Made by a program: the position numbers and the translations under genes
Notes under the pieces: model-generated
The model's input: only the letters and a program-made list of their open reading frames with translations
What the model was told of the DNA's origin: nothing
The model's database searches: none
Shown here: piece by piece, positions 1 through 15,687 of the stretch
How the letters are laid out: every line of letters starts with the position of its first letter
Position numbering within the stretch: the first letter of the stretch is position 1
NCBI GenBank assembly: GCA_001244265.2
Contig: CDLV01000009.1
Coordinates: 1,302,001-1,366,000 of the forward strand
Source of the DNA: Microbotryum violaceum
Lineage: Eukaryota
Direction of reading: 5' to 3'
Length of the DNA stretch: 64,000 bases

Positions 1-604
1 TCGCTTCCTTGACCACTTCAGCCCAAGTCCCATTCGCTTTGTGCTGCTCCTCCGACTCCCTCACCGTCGTACTCTGTTCCTTGCCTTCATTCCCTTTGAC
101 GAGTTCAGCCCAAGTACCTTCCACTTTCTTCTTCTCAGTCTCGTTCCGTTCCTGCTCCTCCCGCTGCCGTCGTTCCGAGTCTTGCTTGGCCCGGTCGGCG
201 ATCATCCTCAGTTCCTTCCAGCACGCGTCGACATCGTATTCGTCCAGGACCTGTCGTGCAACGGTTGGTAATAAAGCTAGTACGGTGAATTGTGAATCTT
301 GGAGGTTGAGGTTGAATCGTTTGGAAAGACTGTCCGATCGGTAGACCGACTCGAACAGCGTCAGCTCTCGAGGTCGTCCCTTCTACCAGGATACGCGTGC
401 CCCTTGATGATGCAGAAAAAACGAATGGCTCAACTTGTCCTTCTCGATGCCTTCGTTCCTCTGCCGTTCCGCGAACTCGCCCATCTTCTTCATCCCCCAC
501 TGCCCGACGAGGTAAGCCCCACCGATCGTACCGACGACCCAGGTCAGACCACGACGGCGCTTTTGAAAGAAGTCTGAGGTGCCGGAGGCGAAGGATGCTA
601 GCAT
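1..604 (-). CDS. PEX3: Peroxin-3 (peroxisomal biogenesis factor), 5' part; runs off the left edge of the window
   Basis: ATG at 604. The basic patch plus TM segment (KRRRGLTWVVGTIGGAYLVG) is followed by a GT-AG intron at 434-330, which joins to EKDNLSKRFNLNLQDSQFTVLALLPT, matching the fungal Pex3 motif (KENLRRRFEQNQEDCTFTVLALLP-like). Confidence 0.88.
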
Positions 605-1280
605 AGTGAGTGGCTAGGTGATGAAGGTGTGAGGAAGGGGGTTGAGTTGATCCGAGCGCCTCGACTTGGGGTTGGCTCGTTCGAAGTCGTGCAGGGTCGG
701 GCCGGACGGCGTCACGGGCTCGGATGCAAGGGAAGTCAGGCAGGACGAGAGCTGCAAGGGGGTGTAACTAGTTGTTGAACGTGAACAGGCTTCGATCGAG
801 CTTGTGGAGCTATTTTGAGACGGTGGGTGCTACACGTCGTCGGAAAGCACTCTTTGAACGCCTTCACGCACATCTGACAGCACCGAACCCAAGCCGAGGA
901 AGCGCTCCCAACCCGGCAACAACCTCCCCGGCGCCGGACACCAAGTCACTCCAAGTCATACCCCAGGGACGTCATCTGACTTCTGGATGACCTTCACTGG
1001 GGCCGAACAGTATGCTGGAAATTCGACCTTGATTATTAAGGTCTGGTTTTTATTCAGATATTTCGTCGTTCTAAGGCCGGCTTTGTGAGATCAGCCTGGT
1101 GGCCGCCTGTACGACAGAGATATAAGAGGTATCGAAAAGTGAGAGAAACATTGCGGAAAAGGCGCTCGAGCTTTTAGTGGCTAAATCGGCCAGGTGAGAT
1201 GAAGAACAACACAAGGAGTAGCAAGATATCGAGTTGTTACCCAGGATTAGGATGGAGGGGTAATGTTGGGAGACACTTAA

Positions 1281-2712
1281 TTAGTAGTCGTTGGACGAGT
1301 CGTTGCGACCAGTGCCTATGAAAACGTAAAAGTGGGAAGTCAGAAATTGCTTCGAGCACTGGCCCAGGCAGGTCAGATCTCTCGAGCCTTACAGCAAGCA
1401 ATAAGGTCTATCGAGTGGAATGCAACATATCAGCAAGTAGCTCAGGTATCGAACGAATGGGCGAAAGTAGACTTACAAGGAATGACGGCGAGGAACGCCG
1501 CGGCAGTGGCGCCCCAAAGGAGCCAGAGCGCGTTGCCGTAGGCGACCTTGACACCAAGAGCGACACCACTGATGGTCGCATTGTTGATGGCGGCCTTGAC
1601 GCGCGCTAAAAGTACGGTGTAGATGATGGCACCGGCGGCAAGCAGCAAAAATGCCAAGAGGGAGACGATGGCGCCGAAGAGGAAGGCAAAGCGGTGGGCT
1701 CCGAACCCGACGAGCTTATCAGGACCAAACGTACGAATTGTAAGCTTCATCGCTCTCTTTCCGGTATGAGGAGCACTAGGGGACTGACCATGGCAAGAGC
1801 GGCAAGGACACTGCCAATGAAGACTAGGTAGTTCGCCACCTTGGTGAATCCACCGAGGTACTTGTCGTCGGAGAAAACGTTGTTTGGCAACGCCGCATCC
1901 AAAGCTTGCTCGTACTGGGTCGGCACGTCACCGAGGAGCGCAAGAGCGGGGCGGAACTCGAAACCGAACGAACGTTTGGTGCAGTAAGAGCGTTGGCTAC
2001 CAATCGAGCCTCCGGTCGTGCAGTAGTCTGTTCCGCGAAGCAAAAAGTCCCATTTGATCAGATCACACACTCGTCCTCCAGACTTTCAGGTGCAATTGAA
2101 GATACTCCAGATGCCCCACTCGTACGTCTGGCGTAATCCCTGGTTGTTGCCATTCACGGAGCGACCGCCGACGTAACCCGACGCGGTATCGTACAGATCG
2201 TTGACGTTGCCGAGCGCAGCGGCGAGACCAGTGGTGGTGATGGTCACAATTCGCAAGTGTCGAGGAATGGTCGACGGGTTCAATTGCGCGATCTGTGAAA
2301 ACGGAGGCAGCGACAATCGTGAGCACCGGGAACCGTGGGGAGTGGTTAGGAGAGCGAGCCGGAGCAGCCGAGGTGCTGACTTGGCCACCGATGGGACACT
2401 TACGTTCGCGAAGACTAAGAGGATCACGGAGCTTGATTGTGGAGAGCAGCAGTGGTGAGTCAGTGGCAGTCCCATTTGTGAGTACAGCTCCGTCCAAGTC
2501 ATGCCAAGAGCTGAGCAACTCGGTAGGCCTCCTTCTGCAAGCAAGCGGCGAAGATGGGGGCCTTCGATGGCCCAGCGTGGCTTGCGAGGGACGGCCCCGC
2601 CCGTGCGCAAGCTGTTGTTGGACGAGACTGGGGGCCTTTGAAAAGGGGGATGTGGCACTCACGCAACCGCGAGTAAGATGCCAAAACCAGCACAACAATT
2701 GAGTCGGACCAT
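1281..2712 (-). CDS. SUR7/PalI (Rim9/Pun1-like) four-TM membrane protein, multi-exon
   Basis: N-terminal TM (MVRLNCCAGFGILLAVA..VILLVFANV), claudin-like motif YEWGIW..YC..YC in the extracellular loop, then three hydrophobic helices (ORFs 1747-2070 and 1442-1750). Ends GRNDSSNDY* at 1281. Confidence 0.8.
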
Positions 2713-3368
2713 GTTGGCAGGAGTAACAGGTAAGAGGACTGTGGTTGGTGATGTGAGAGGATGGCATGGATGACGGGATTAGCCTGAGTTGAGCTTCACG
2801 AGTTGGGCCAAAGTTGTCCTAGCCGCTGCCGGACTCCGATCGGGAATCGAGGTCACTTCTGCGGGAGTCGAGCGGTCTACTCGGGCTTCCTGAAACATGG
2901 TGACTGACCTGATGCGCAGAGGATGCTAGTCTTTGGAAAGGTATGACAAGGAGAATACGATCCAAATGGGTGGTACGTGTAGGTGGTGGGTGATCAGATT
3001 GAACCCTCGTGAGAGCCGCCCCGCCTTGGACGAGCAACGCTTCGGAATTTGCTCTGGATAGGGCGATCGCCTATTTGTCTCACACCTGCTCGAAAAGGGC
3101 ATGCCCGCATAACGTCATATGGCGCCGAGCGCCATTCCGATCAGGCTGGCCCAAGCGCGCACGATGAAACTCTATCTCAATTTCGTAAGTTCGAGATCAC
3201 ATTAAGAGAGATATCATGCTCACTGTTCATCCATTACAGGAACTGGTATAAAATTATCAGGAGGAGTAGTCTACGGACTTCAGGCGGAAAGAGTCAAGCC
3301 ACAGGATTGATCGGGACGAATGCAAGAATCGCGCATGCGAAGAAGCAACCTGGGGATCAGACCCAACC

Positions 3369-4838
3369 TTACTTCTTTCCGTTAATGTACCAATTGTAGG
3401 TCGAGTTCCAAGCCGCCTTGGCTCCCGACTCCATAACGTTGCTGTGAGGTAAGTCAGCCTCGGCTATTAGCGGCAAATCTTTCTGAGAGGGTCGCCTTTG
3501 TAGATCAAGGCTCTGCTGAGAGGCTCCAATGAAACCTACCCATGGCAAGGGATCATGCGGTCGAAGTCCCAAGCTGAAACAACCTTGGCTTGCTCGGTCA
3601 TAACCTTCTTATCCTTGCCCATAAGGTACCACACCAATCGCTGCGGAAATCAAGTGGCAAAAGGTCAGGCGTATCGTTCAGACGCAGACCCCGGAGGGTG
3701 AAAATGAACAGGCGCACCTTGTGACCAATCGCTAGGGAAGATAGATGAGAATGAGATGTCAGTGATCGAGTTCGAAAGTGAAGATACTTTCCGCTCCTCC
3801 AACACGAAGCCCTCTCGAGCCTCCCGGAAAGAGCACTCACTTCCGGGCCTGAGCAAGTTAGTAGCAAGGAAAGCGGTCGACTTCTTGGTCGATTTCGAGT
3901 ACTATGAATCATTTTGGATCATGAGTTAAGGTTACTTGAGGACGAAGGGTCGGTTTGCACTCACCTGCTCATCAGGCGGCAAGTTGAAAAGGAGATCGGC
4001 CTGGATCAAAGTCTTGGTGGGGACGTGCAAGAAAGCGACCTAAATACCTCAAGAACAACAGAACAGGTTTAGTAACTCTTCTGAGGTTGGATTGAGCCAT
4101 GCGAACCGGCTCACATCTTCGTTCGCATGGGCCTTGCCAAAGTCCGCACTGAGAATCTCTCCATTTGTCAAAGCCGGGAACGGATCGCCCTTGCCTTGAC
4201 CAAACGTGAACGTGATGCGATTAATCAACGAGTTTTCGCCCTTCTTCTGCCAGTTCTCCTTGACTCCGAGCGGCACGAAGACTTGGGCTTCCGGGTAGGC
4301 GTCGATGTACTGCTTGAGAAAGATGTTATGCTCCCTATCGGGGCTAATGATAAACTTGGTCGGGCCGAGGTTATTCAAGGTGGTCAAGGTACTGCGACGT
4401 CGACCACGGACGTATGAGCAATTGGATGAATGTCTAAGCACTTGAAACGGTACAGATTGTCGATGAGACTCACTCGGGATCGAGAGGGTGCGAGGCGACA
4501 AGCCAGACGTTGCCATCTTGGAGCTTGATCGCGGTTGAACGACCTCCGAACGGAACGAGGCCACCTCGAGCAAAGGGGCACGAGAAGATGGTAGTCGACT
4601 CGGAGAGCTTGCGGATCTGATGGTGGAGGAATCGTTACCGATGAGTCAGCGTCTTGTTTTAGGAAGCTGGCCCGCTTGGGGTGTCGGAGCGATGGTGCGT
4701 TGGTGCGATGGTGCGCTCGGTCATCGGAGATGAGGGAAGCGCGATGGCGATCGATACGTCAGGAACTTATGGGAAGATTGAGATGGGTGTACTTACGACA
4801 AGCTCAGGGTTAACAGGGGCAGGAGCGTTGGTGGCCAT
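3369..4838 (-). CDS. DUF4336-like (metallo-beta-lactamase-fold-like) conserved fungal protein, multi-exon
   Basis: Spliced peptides FSCPFARGGLVPFGGRSTAIKLQDGNVWLVASHPL, LGPTKFIISPDREHNIFL, AFLHVPTKTLIQADLLFNLPPDEQ and AKAAWNSTYNWY resemble this fungal family. Confidence 0.7.
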
Positions 4839-5004
4839 TTTGAGAGAGTTGAGGAAAGGCGAAGAGGCGTTCGGGGCGAGAGTGAGGAGGTGAGAAAAGA
4901 CCGGAAACAGCAGCGCATGCCGCAAGGCGGACGTTGGCCGAAGCAGCCCACGGCGGCATGACAAATTCAGCTCTAGCCGACGTTAGTAATTTGACACCGG
5001 GCTC

Positions 5005-6021
5005 TCCTAATATCATGACGGACCATCTGGGAACGGCGCGACTCATTGAAGAGTGGCAAACAAATTTAGAGCGGGAGATATCGAGGAAAGTACCCAGTCA
5101 CTCGTATCACTCGTGGCTTCGGAGCCTAGCGTTGACCACGTCAATGCTTAACGTACACCATGTGATCGCCCATAGTAGAACGGGACAGGATGAGCGGTCA
5201 GTTTTAACCAGAAGGGCGGACGCGGAAGCGAATCGTGCCCACTTGAAGGATATGCATTTTGTGATGAGGCCACCAACACATGTACTTTCGAGTTGAGTCA
5301 TGAAGGACGATACCAAATGGATCGAGAACAATGTCGGGAAAATAGTGGAGAAAAGGCTGAAACAGTTCAATTTGGAAGATTAGCCGACATCACATGGAAG
5401 AAGATTCGCCTTTTACAGCTGGCAGGGATGAAACCGGCAATATACCCCTACAGAAAGGCAAGATCATCGTATGCTGCACTGATGCAGTGGCAACTTCAAA
5501 GCTCATCACTGCCACTAGCAGAAATAATGAAGCGACGAGGAACAGAAGAGCAGCGGAATCGGACTGATCCCTCACTTGCTTGAGGGTGTACCAGTGCAAC
5601 CGGATCCGACACCGAAACGGAGGGACGTGTTTTTCTCAGATGCTCGAAATCGGTGAAAATCCGGGTACAACTCCAAACAGACCTGAAAAATGCCACGATA
5701 CGATTCATCAAGGCTACAACCGACGAAGTGGGCGAAATAGAAAGGGATAAATTGATCCAGTTCGCGCAAGATTCGGTATCACAACACGGATGGTGGTATG
5801 GTGTAAGCTTCAATCCGGCACCCGGACTAGCTGTAGAGGCTATTCCAGAACGCCTAAAGGCAAAATCAGTGCAAACCTGGCATCATGAACTGATAAAAAG
5901 GACAGCACGAATATGGGGTGATCGCCAAAAGCGTGGGCGAAGACCCGAAAGAGGAGATGATGGGAGTCAATGGGAAGGGATGGATAGAGTGAAGCCGTTC
6001 AAGAGCAGTCGGAAGTCGTAG
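5005..6021 (+). mobile_element. Degenerate 3' remnant (RNase H plus C-terminal zinc-finger region) of an RNase-H-bearing non-LTR retrotransposon
   Basis: IMTDHLGTARLIEE..HSYHSWLRSL..VHHVIAHS..LTRRADAEA looks like RNase H motifs. After a frameshift come YPYRKARSSYAALMQ, *GC..ETEGRVFLRC and WHHELIKRTARIWG, which resemble basidiomycete LINE C-termini. In-frame stops at about 5294 and 5581. Confidence 0.65.
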
Positions 6022-6455
6022 ACAGCCAGAGGCGATCGCCTAGTTAATGTGGTCCAGCGCCCGATAAGGTCGTCTCTTTTTTGTAGACTAGCTGGAATTC
6101 AAATTCTCATTCTCATCTCGGGCAGCAGCAGTGAGCAGGTGCAGTGGGGTCTTCGATGCCACCAGGATATACCTCAATGGAAGTGTGAGTGAGTTTTATG
6201 CATGTGACACCATCAAACGAGCTGAGCAGGTGTAGAATTCTGGGCTTTGAGTTTTCTTCGCTTTGGACTCCTGCCACTGGCACTGCAGCTTGCCACAGAG
6301 GCCGTGTGCCCCTCGTCCGCCCGCCTCTGCCTGCGGTAGCCTGCGGTGACAAGCGCGCGGCGCATCTCCCGAGATAAATTGCATTTCAGCTCGTGTGCTC
6401 CTGCCGCATTTCTACACTGCTACCTATCACCCACACGAGCACCACAGTCGCCAAA

Positions 6456-9867
<3,412 letters not shown>

Positions 9868-10357
9868 AAGTCTGTGGGTGATCGAAGTTCACTTGTAGAA
9901 AAGAGCCAATTTGTTTTTGGCCGAGTCTGAGGGGGGTGTTCTTAGTCGTCTCATGTAATCATGATCGCTGTAGCCATCCAAAAACATTCTGCATGCGCGT
10001 GCCCCCATGCCAGACCGCGAACGTTGAAAGTTTACTCCACACATTACAAACTGTTTCTAGGTAGCTCTTCTCGTGCCGCGGACGCAGCATATATTACGTC
10101 CAAGGCTCACGGCAGCGTCATTAAAGAGGGATAAGATAAAATTTGTGTATAGGAAGAAACGAAAGGGGGAAGGGGGGGGGGGGGGGGGGGCGTGCGAGCG
10201 CGCAAGCTCTTCCAAAAAAGGATTGCTGACTGATGATTGGTCTGCCGGTGTAAGGGTGGTGGGATATATTACCGACGACTGCACAGTGGCCAAGAAGATG
10301 CTGAGCGCGCTCGACGTGCGGGTCATACGAACGACTGTAAGAATATTCGGCGAGAGG

Positions 10358-11721
10358 TCAGACTTCGCAACTTCGCGGAAGTCTCTCCCAAAGAGGTTTC
10401 CGACTGACTTTAAGTTGCTCGTTTGAAGCCAAAGCGTGTTCTTCGCGCAAGTAATCCAGGGCATGCCCGTGGACGATGTTGATGCGACGATCTCGACAGA
10501 ACGCTATAAAGTCGCGTCCCGCTTCGGTCGAGAGAAGTTCTCCTCGCGGCATGTACATGAATCTATAGTCGGAAGACAGTCATCAGCGTTTGTTTGGCAT
10601 GTTGCACAATGTGACGCTGTCGGGAGCAGGACTTACCTTAGCGAGCGGAGTCGGCCCAAGTGCGGTTGTCCCAGGGCGGCGGTAAGCAGTCGAAGCCTGT
10701 TTCGATCCACAAAAGACGTGCTTATTTCCTCGATGGTCGAAGGCAGCCTCGCCAACAGGCCAACAAAGTCCTCGGCCGAGCGCTGAAAATCGACAAAGGA
10801 CCGCAGCGCTTCGAGGCGCGAGATGGAATCGTTCATGAGCGCTCGTTGTGAAGGCGACTGCATGGCTTGCATTGTGGTCGTCAAGGACTCGAGGGTGCGT
10901 ATCGCGTTGCTGAAAACGGCATGAATGAAAGCCAGGGGGTGATAGCTGCCTCCCAATACGAAATGGTGCAGCGAGAAGGGGAGATTTATTCGAATCGGGT
11001 CGACCCACCTGTTGCGCGCACCATGAAAGTAGGTCAGGGGCCTGCGAGCTTGGAGATTGGCAGACAAGGTGACCGAAATCTGTACTCACAGTTTTATATG
11101 TAATGTAAGCGACGTTAAGGTGTCGAGGTGGGGATAAGTGAAGACAGATGTCGACAGATTGTTGACAAAGTCGATGCGCAGCCGCTTGATACCGCGTACG
11201 CGGCGCAAAACGTGATCGGTCGCGACGTTCGTAACTTGACCGCCTCGCCCATCGATATAGACTGATTCTGCATTGTGATGATCGATCGCGGGTGACTGGA
11301 GCATAACATCAGACAACTTAATCAGTCAAGACCCATTGTACACATTCAAGCAAGACCGCGCATCAAACGCATCACTTACAGCGAGCCACCGCGCTACTGC
11401 GCTCTCGTCCATAAAGACCAAATGGCCGAACAAGAGGCTCTGAGCCGGGCCGGTCCAAGATTTGGCGACGAGGGAGTAATTCGCGAGGGCCCGACGCTGT
11501 TCAGTGGATTCGAGCTGGTCGATGGCAAAGACGAGGATCCGCAACAGGGCGCTGCGTAAATTGTGAGCCTCGTCCCAGCCGACGTGAATCCTGGCGAGGT
11601 TGTCGGCCAGGGCCGTGGTGGCGACGGACTCCGAGCGTGACTGACAGCCCAGGTACATCGCCTGCTTCGACGAGGCGTGGCCGTGCGACCGCTGAGCGTC
11701 GGGCGTGTCGAAGATCGCAAA
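10358..11721 (-). CDS. F-box-like / RNI-like hypothetical protein; 5' end unresolved (may extend to about 12100)
   Basis: LLRILVFAI..RRALANYSLVAKSWTGPAQSLLFGHLVF resembles a degenerate basidiomycete F-box. Leucine-rich-like segments follow (IKRLRI, LTSLTL, LESLTT, LRSLR), and it ends FIAFCRDRRINIV. AG acceptor at 11723-11722. Confidence 0.55.
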
Positions 11722-12904
11722 CTAGGAAGGACGAACGGAAATCCGGCCTGGGGCTGGACGGGATGAACCGTCTGTTGCGAAGAAGCTCGTGCTAGGTCCG
11801 CTCGCCCGACCGTTGGGCGCCCACGCGAGTAGCTAGCAAGCGAGCACGTCGGCGATACGCGAAGATTGAAGCGAGCTTCGGGTCTAGGTTGGCGGACGGG
11901 TTGGCGTCGCGCGCGCGTATTCCGTCGGCCGCGACGGCCTGATTCAGGGCAACTAGGTCCGCAGCGGCGGAGAGCGGGGGCCCTGGGCTGGAGTGGGGGT
12001 GCTGCCGTACTCTCTCGTGGCTCGCAACGCGCCGAGCAATGGAACGTTGCACAATCTATTGGGGCACCGGCGTTATGTATCGGTCTCGACAGCCTCCTCG
12101 AAGGCAAAGCGTGTAGGTAGACTTGCTCGACCTGGCCAACAATATGCTCGGGCAGGTACCCAGTTAGATACGAATCGACAAAGATGGCTCAGGGTCGAGA
12201 GTCACGTAGCCAGCTAGCTAGAAGGCGGCAGAGTGCGTGGTCACCAGCAGCTGGCAGAAGAACGGATAGAGCGTAAAGTGTCGACAGTCGAAACGTCGAG
12301 AGTCGAAAGTCGGCACTCGAGGCGGCAGGCAGCAATCCGTTGTGAGCGTATATATCGACAACGAACTGTGCCTGTGCAGCTACGCAGAACGAGGGAAGCG
12401 TAGGTTCGATTGAAAGAGAGCCCCGTAGAGTTGTCCTGGGGGGCGTCAGTCGAAGAGGGGGACACAAACCCAGGAAGCGAAGCGAACGGCCGAACAAGCT
12501 GCGCTGCCCCGGGCGGGCGCCCGCGCTAAGAATGCGCGTCGAATCCCGCCATGTAATCGACATTTCGCATGACGCCTGCCCGAAATCGCGAAGCCCCTAT
12601 ACGCGGCCTCACCCGCTTCGATCCCGTGTGGAAAACCTGGGATTGAGAGTTTTCGAAGCGCGTTTCTGAACCCCGTATCTGCGCTTGTGGCACTGCAAAT
12701 GCTGGACATCGCATGATACCCGGCCGTTCGTCGGCGACTTTTAGTCAATGAAGCAGCGCGCCCGAAAAGCAAGCGGGATCTAGGCCCGCGAATGGCCCGC
12801 CGTCGTCGGCCGCCGGGCGATTCGGTTGGCCGTGGTTGCCAACTGCCTAACTCGACGTACCTACCCTCGACCGACCGCGGCTACGCACCTCGCACCGGTG
12901 AATC

Positions 12905-15195
12905 ATGAAATGGCTAGACGATCAGTTCGATCAGTTTGCAGCTTTGATGGGAGTATCAGTGAGTGTTTCACGACCCGGCGCTGCTACAGCCCGGCGCCGG
13001 CCGTCCACTGACTCGGCAAAACTCGCGTCAAATGGGGCATGCATTCACACAGGGTGATCAAATCAAGCTTATCACACTGGTTGTGGCAGCCGTGCCGTTG
13101 TCCCTCGTGTTCCCTCATCTGCCCTCGTCGACGGTCTCGGTGTTGCCGCACCTGTATGCAGCGCTGCCGAGCGTCGTGTACCTCTGCTTCGTGCTGCACC
13201 TTCGTCGCGGCTTTCTCGAGCTCGTGCTCAGCTCGTTAGTGGCATGGACGATCGTCAAGGTAGCTGTCGCCACAAAAAGGAAAGATCGACTAGCCCCTTG
13301 GCTCGTCTTTGTGGTCGTGATGGGGCACCTCGCGATCAAGTGAGTGCTCTGCTTCTCGAACGTGTGGGCGGCAGCGATTGAAGGAGAGAAGGGTCCTGCA
13401 GCCGACCTCAAGACTTGCTGTGGAGCATACAAAGGACTGCTACTGTTTACATTCAACTGGCTCGATATCGCTGCTATTGCCGCCGACACCCCCTCGCTGT
13501 ACTCGGCCAAACCGCGCCGGAAGCGAGGATGAGGTCATCCGTGTGCTCGCTCCAGTGCCCAGCGACTTTGCTTGACCCGCCGCAGTACCCGGCGGCTGAC
13601 CCGATCTGTGGTTTATTTTCGGCATGCAGTCATGTGATACGACATTTTGAAAAGACCGGACCCGAGACGATCGAGATCACCGGGTCGCAAATGGTCTTGT
13701 GCATGAAGTTGATCTCGTTCGCCTGGTCCGTCCACGATGGCCAGCAACCAATCGAGGAACTCGATGCGACCCAGCGCGCCTCGAGGATCGTCGAGGTACC
13801 AGGTCTGATACCGTTCTTGGGATATGCGTAGGTTGTAAATGTGTGCCCGCGAGAGCCTGCGCCGGATACTCATTGATTCCCCCCGGTACGCACGCAGATT
13901 GTTCTTTCCTTCGATTCTGGCTGGCCCTTCATTCACGTTCGCTTCGTATACAGCATGGACTTCTCACGCCCTTTATCTCAAGGAAACAGGGCTACGAGAA
14001 GGCGCTGCATCCTCGACCACTCGGTCACGCGATCTCATAGCGGATGGTCGCCGAAGGAAGGCAGCAAAACGGTTCATCACGGGAGTCGTCTACTTGGGTA
14101 TCTTCTCCAAGTACAGCTATACGTACGACTACCAGCGTATGCTCGAGCCGACAGTACGAGTCTTGCCGTTGTGGAAGAGGTGAGAGCAAGTCATGCGACG
14201 GCACCTTGTGCGTCTATTGACTTCCTCTTCGGCGGTTTTGTCTTCCGCGCAGGGTCGGTTTCATGCAGGTCGCTGGTTTCGTCGCTCGGACGAAGTACTA
14301 CGGCGTTTGGTGCATCGCTGAATCTGCCTTCATTATTTCGGGACTCGGCTACAACCCTCGCACCAAGCATTATGACGCCTCTCGGAACGTTCGCATCCGC
14401 TCGATCGAGTTTGCGCCAAACTTCAAAATCCTGCTCGATTCTTGGAACATGAACACCAACGTCTGGCTGCGCGAGTGCATCTACAAGCGAGTGACGTCTA
14501 AGGGCCGCAAACCGGGCTTCGTATCGACACAAATCACGTTCATCACATCGGCGTTGTGGCATGGGGTGAACCCGTGCTACCTGATGACGTTCGTACTCGG
14601 GGGGCTGTTGCAATCAACGGGCAGGTCGATGCGATCGCTTGTGCGACCCTTCTTCCTCCCACCGGGTGCCGTCACGCTCTCCCGCTCTTCCGCTCCGTCC
14701 AGGAATACTTCAACGGCTTCCGTCGACACCACGACTCCGCCTGTGACTGAGCCCGAGAAGCCCGCTCCGCCTAAGCTCGCCGCTCCTCCACAGACACCTC
14801 TCAAATGGATGTACGACATCGCTGGCATCATCATGACGCAGCTTTCCCTCAACTTTGCCGTCGCTCCATTCATGCTGTTGACGGTCCATGGCTCGTTCGC
14901 GGTATGGCATAGCGTGCGCTACTATGGGATCCTGATCGTTCTGATCCCGACGATCGCTCTGCGACTCGGCCTCGCGAAGACGCTGAAGCAAAAACTGAAG
15001 GCGAGGAATGCAGCGGCCGAGAAGATGAACGATGCGGAAGAGAAGAAGAGGCTAGAGTGGGAACGCGAGGTGGAGCGAAAGCGGATGCGGAGGGGTGTCG
15101 GGGTCGCGAGTCTTGCGCCGGACGTCGAGGAGCTTTTACTCGAGGAGGAACGTGAGGAGGCACGCTTGGCCAAGGACAGCACGAAATCACAATAA
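12905..15195 (+). CDS. ALE1: MBOAT lysophospholipid acyltransferase (Ale1-like)
   Basis: MKWLDDQF..GDQIKL start, ITGSQMVLCMKLISFAW, FFPSILAGP, RTKYYGVW, WNMNTNVWLRECIYKR and catalytic SALWHG. Confidence 0.92.
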
Positions 15196-15687
15196 TGAGT
15201 TTCAACGACTATGATTAACGACATTTTAAATATTCTGTAGCACCAGTTAAGGAATGAATATGAGGGTGTTGCCTGTTCTGGCCAGTGGGGTGAAATGCGC
15301 GCGCTGCAGCAAAGCTTCGGCCGATATGGTCATTGCGATGGAGAGGAGGCCAATCGCAATCGCTGACCTGGCTCCTCCCCGGCGGTCGCTTGCTCCGTCT
15401 TCGTGCGACCACCTGATACTCTGACTCCAAAACACGAAACGACGCTCAAGCTCGATTCAACTTCTGTACACATTGACGGACCAAGCATACCCCATCTTGT
15501 AGAGTGAGTGTAGCGCCACCGCTACGTCGCACCAAAGCGGCCTACTGCGGATACCGACGAGGGCTTCCAACGAGGATTTCCGCAGTTGTTCGCTTGAGCA
15601 ATGGCCGCGGACGCGCACTAGCGTGATCGAAATAGCTACTGACGAGTCAGCTTACCCAGGTAGCACAGACTAGATTAGTTCAACGCC

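Noticed and set aside
10358-10558. RRINIVHGHA resembles the PIG-A/Gpi3 IVHGH motif
   Set aside because: No other GT4 motifs are present. It reads as the last exon of the F-box-like gene.
13525-13600. GGATGA...CTGA as a possible C/D box snoRNA in the ALE1 intron
   Set aside because: The C box is imperfect and the CTGA is the intron branch site (GCTGAC).
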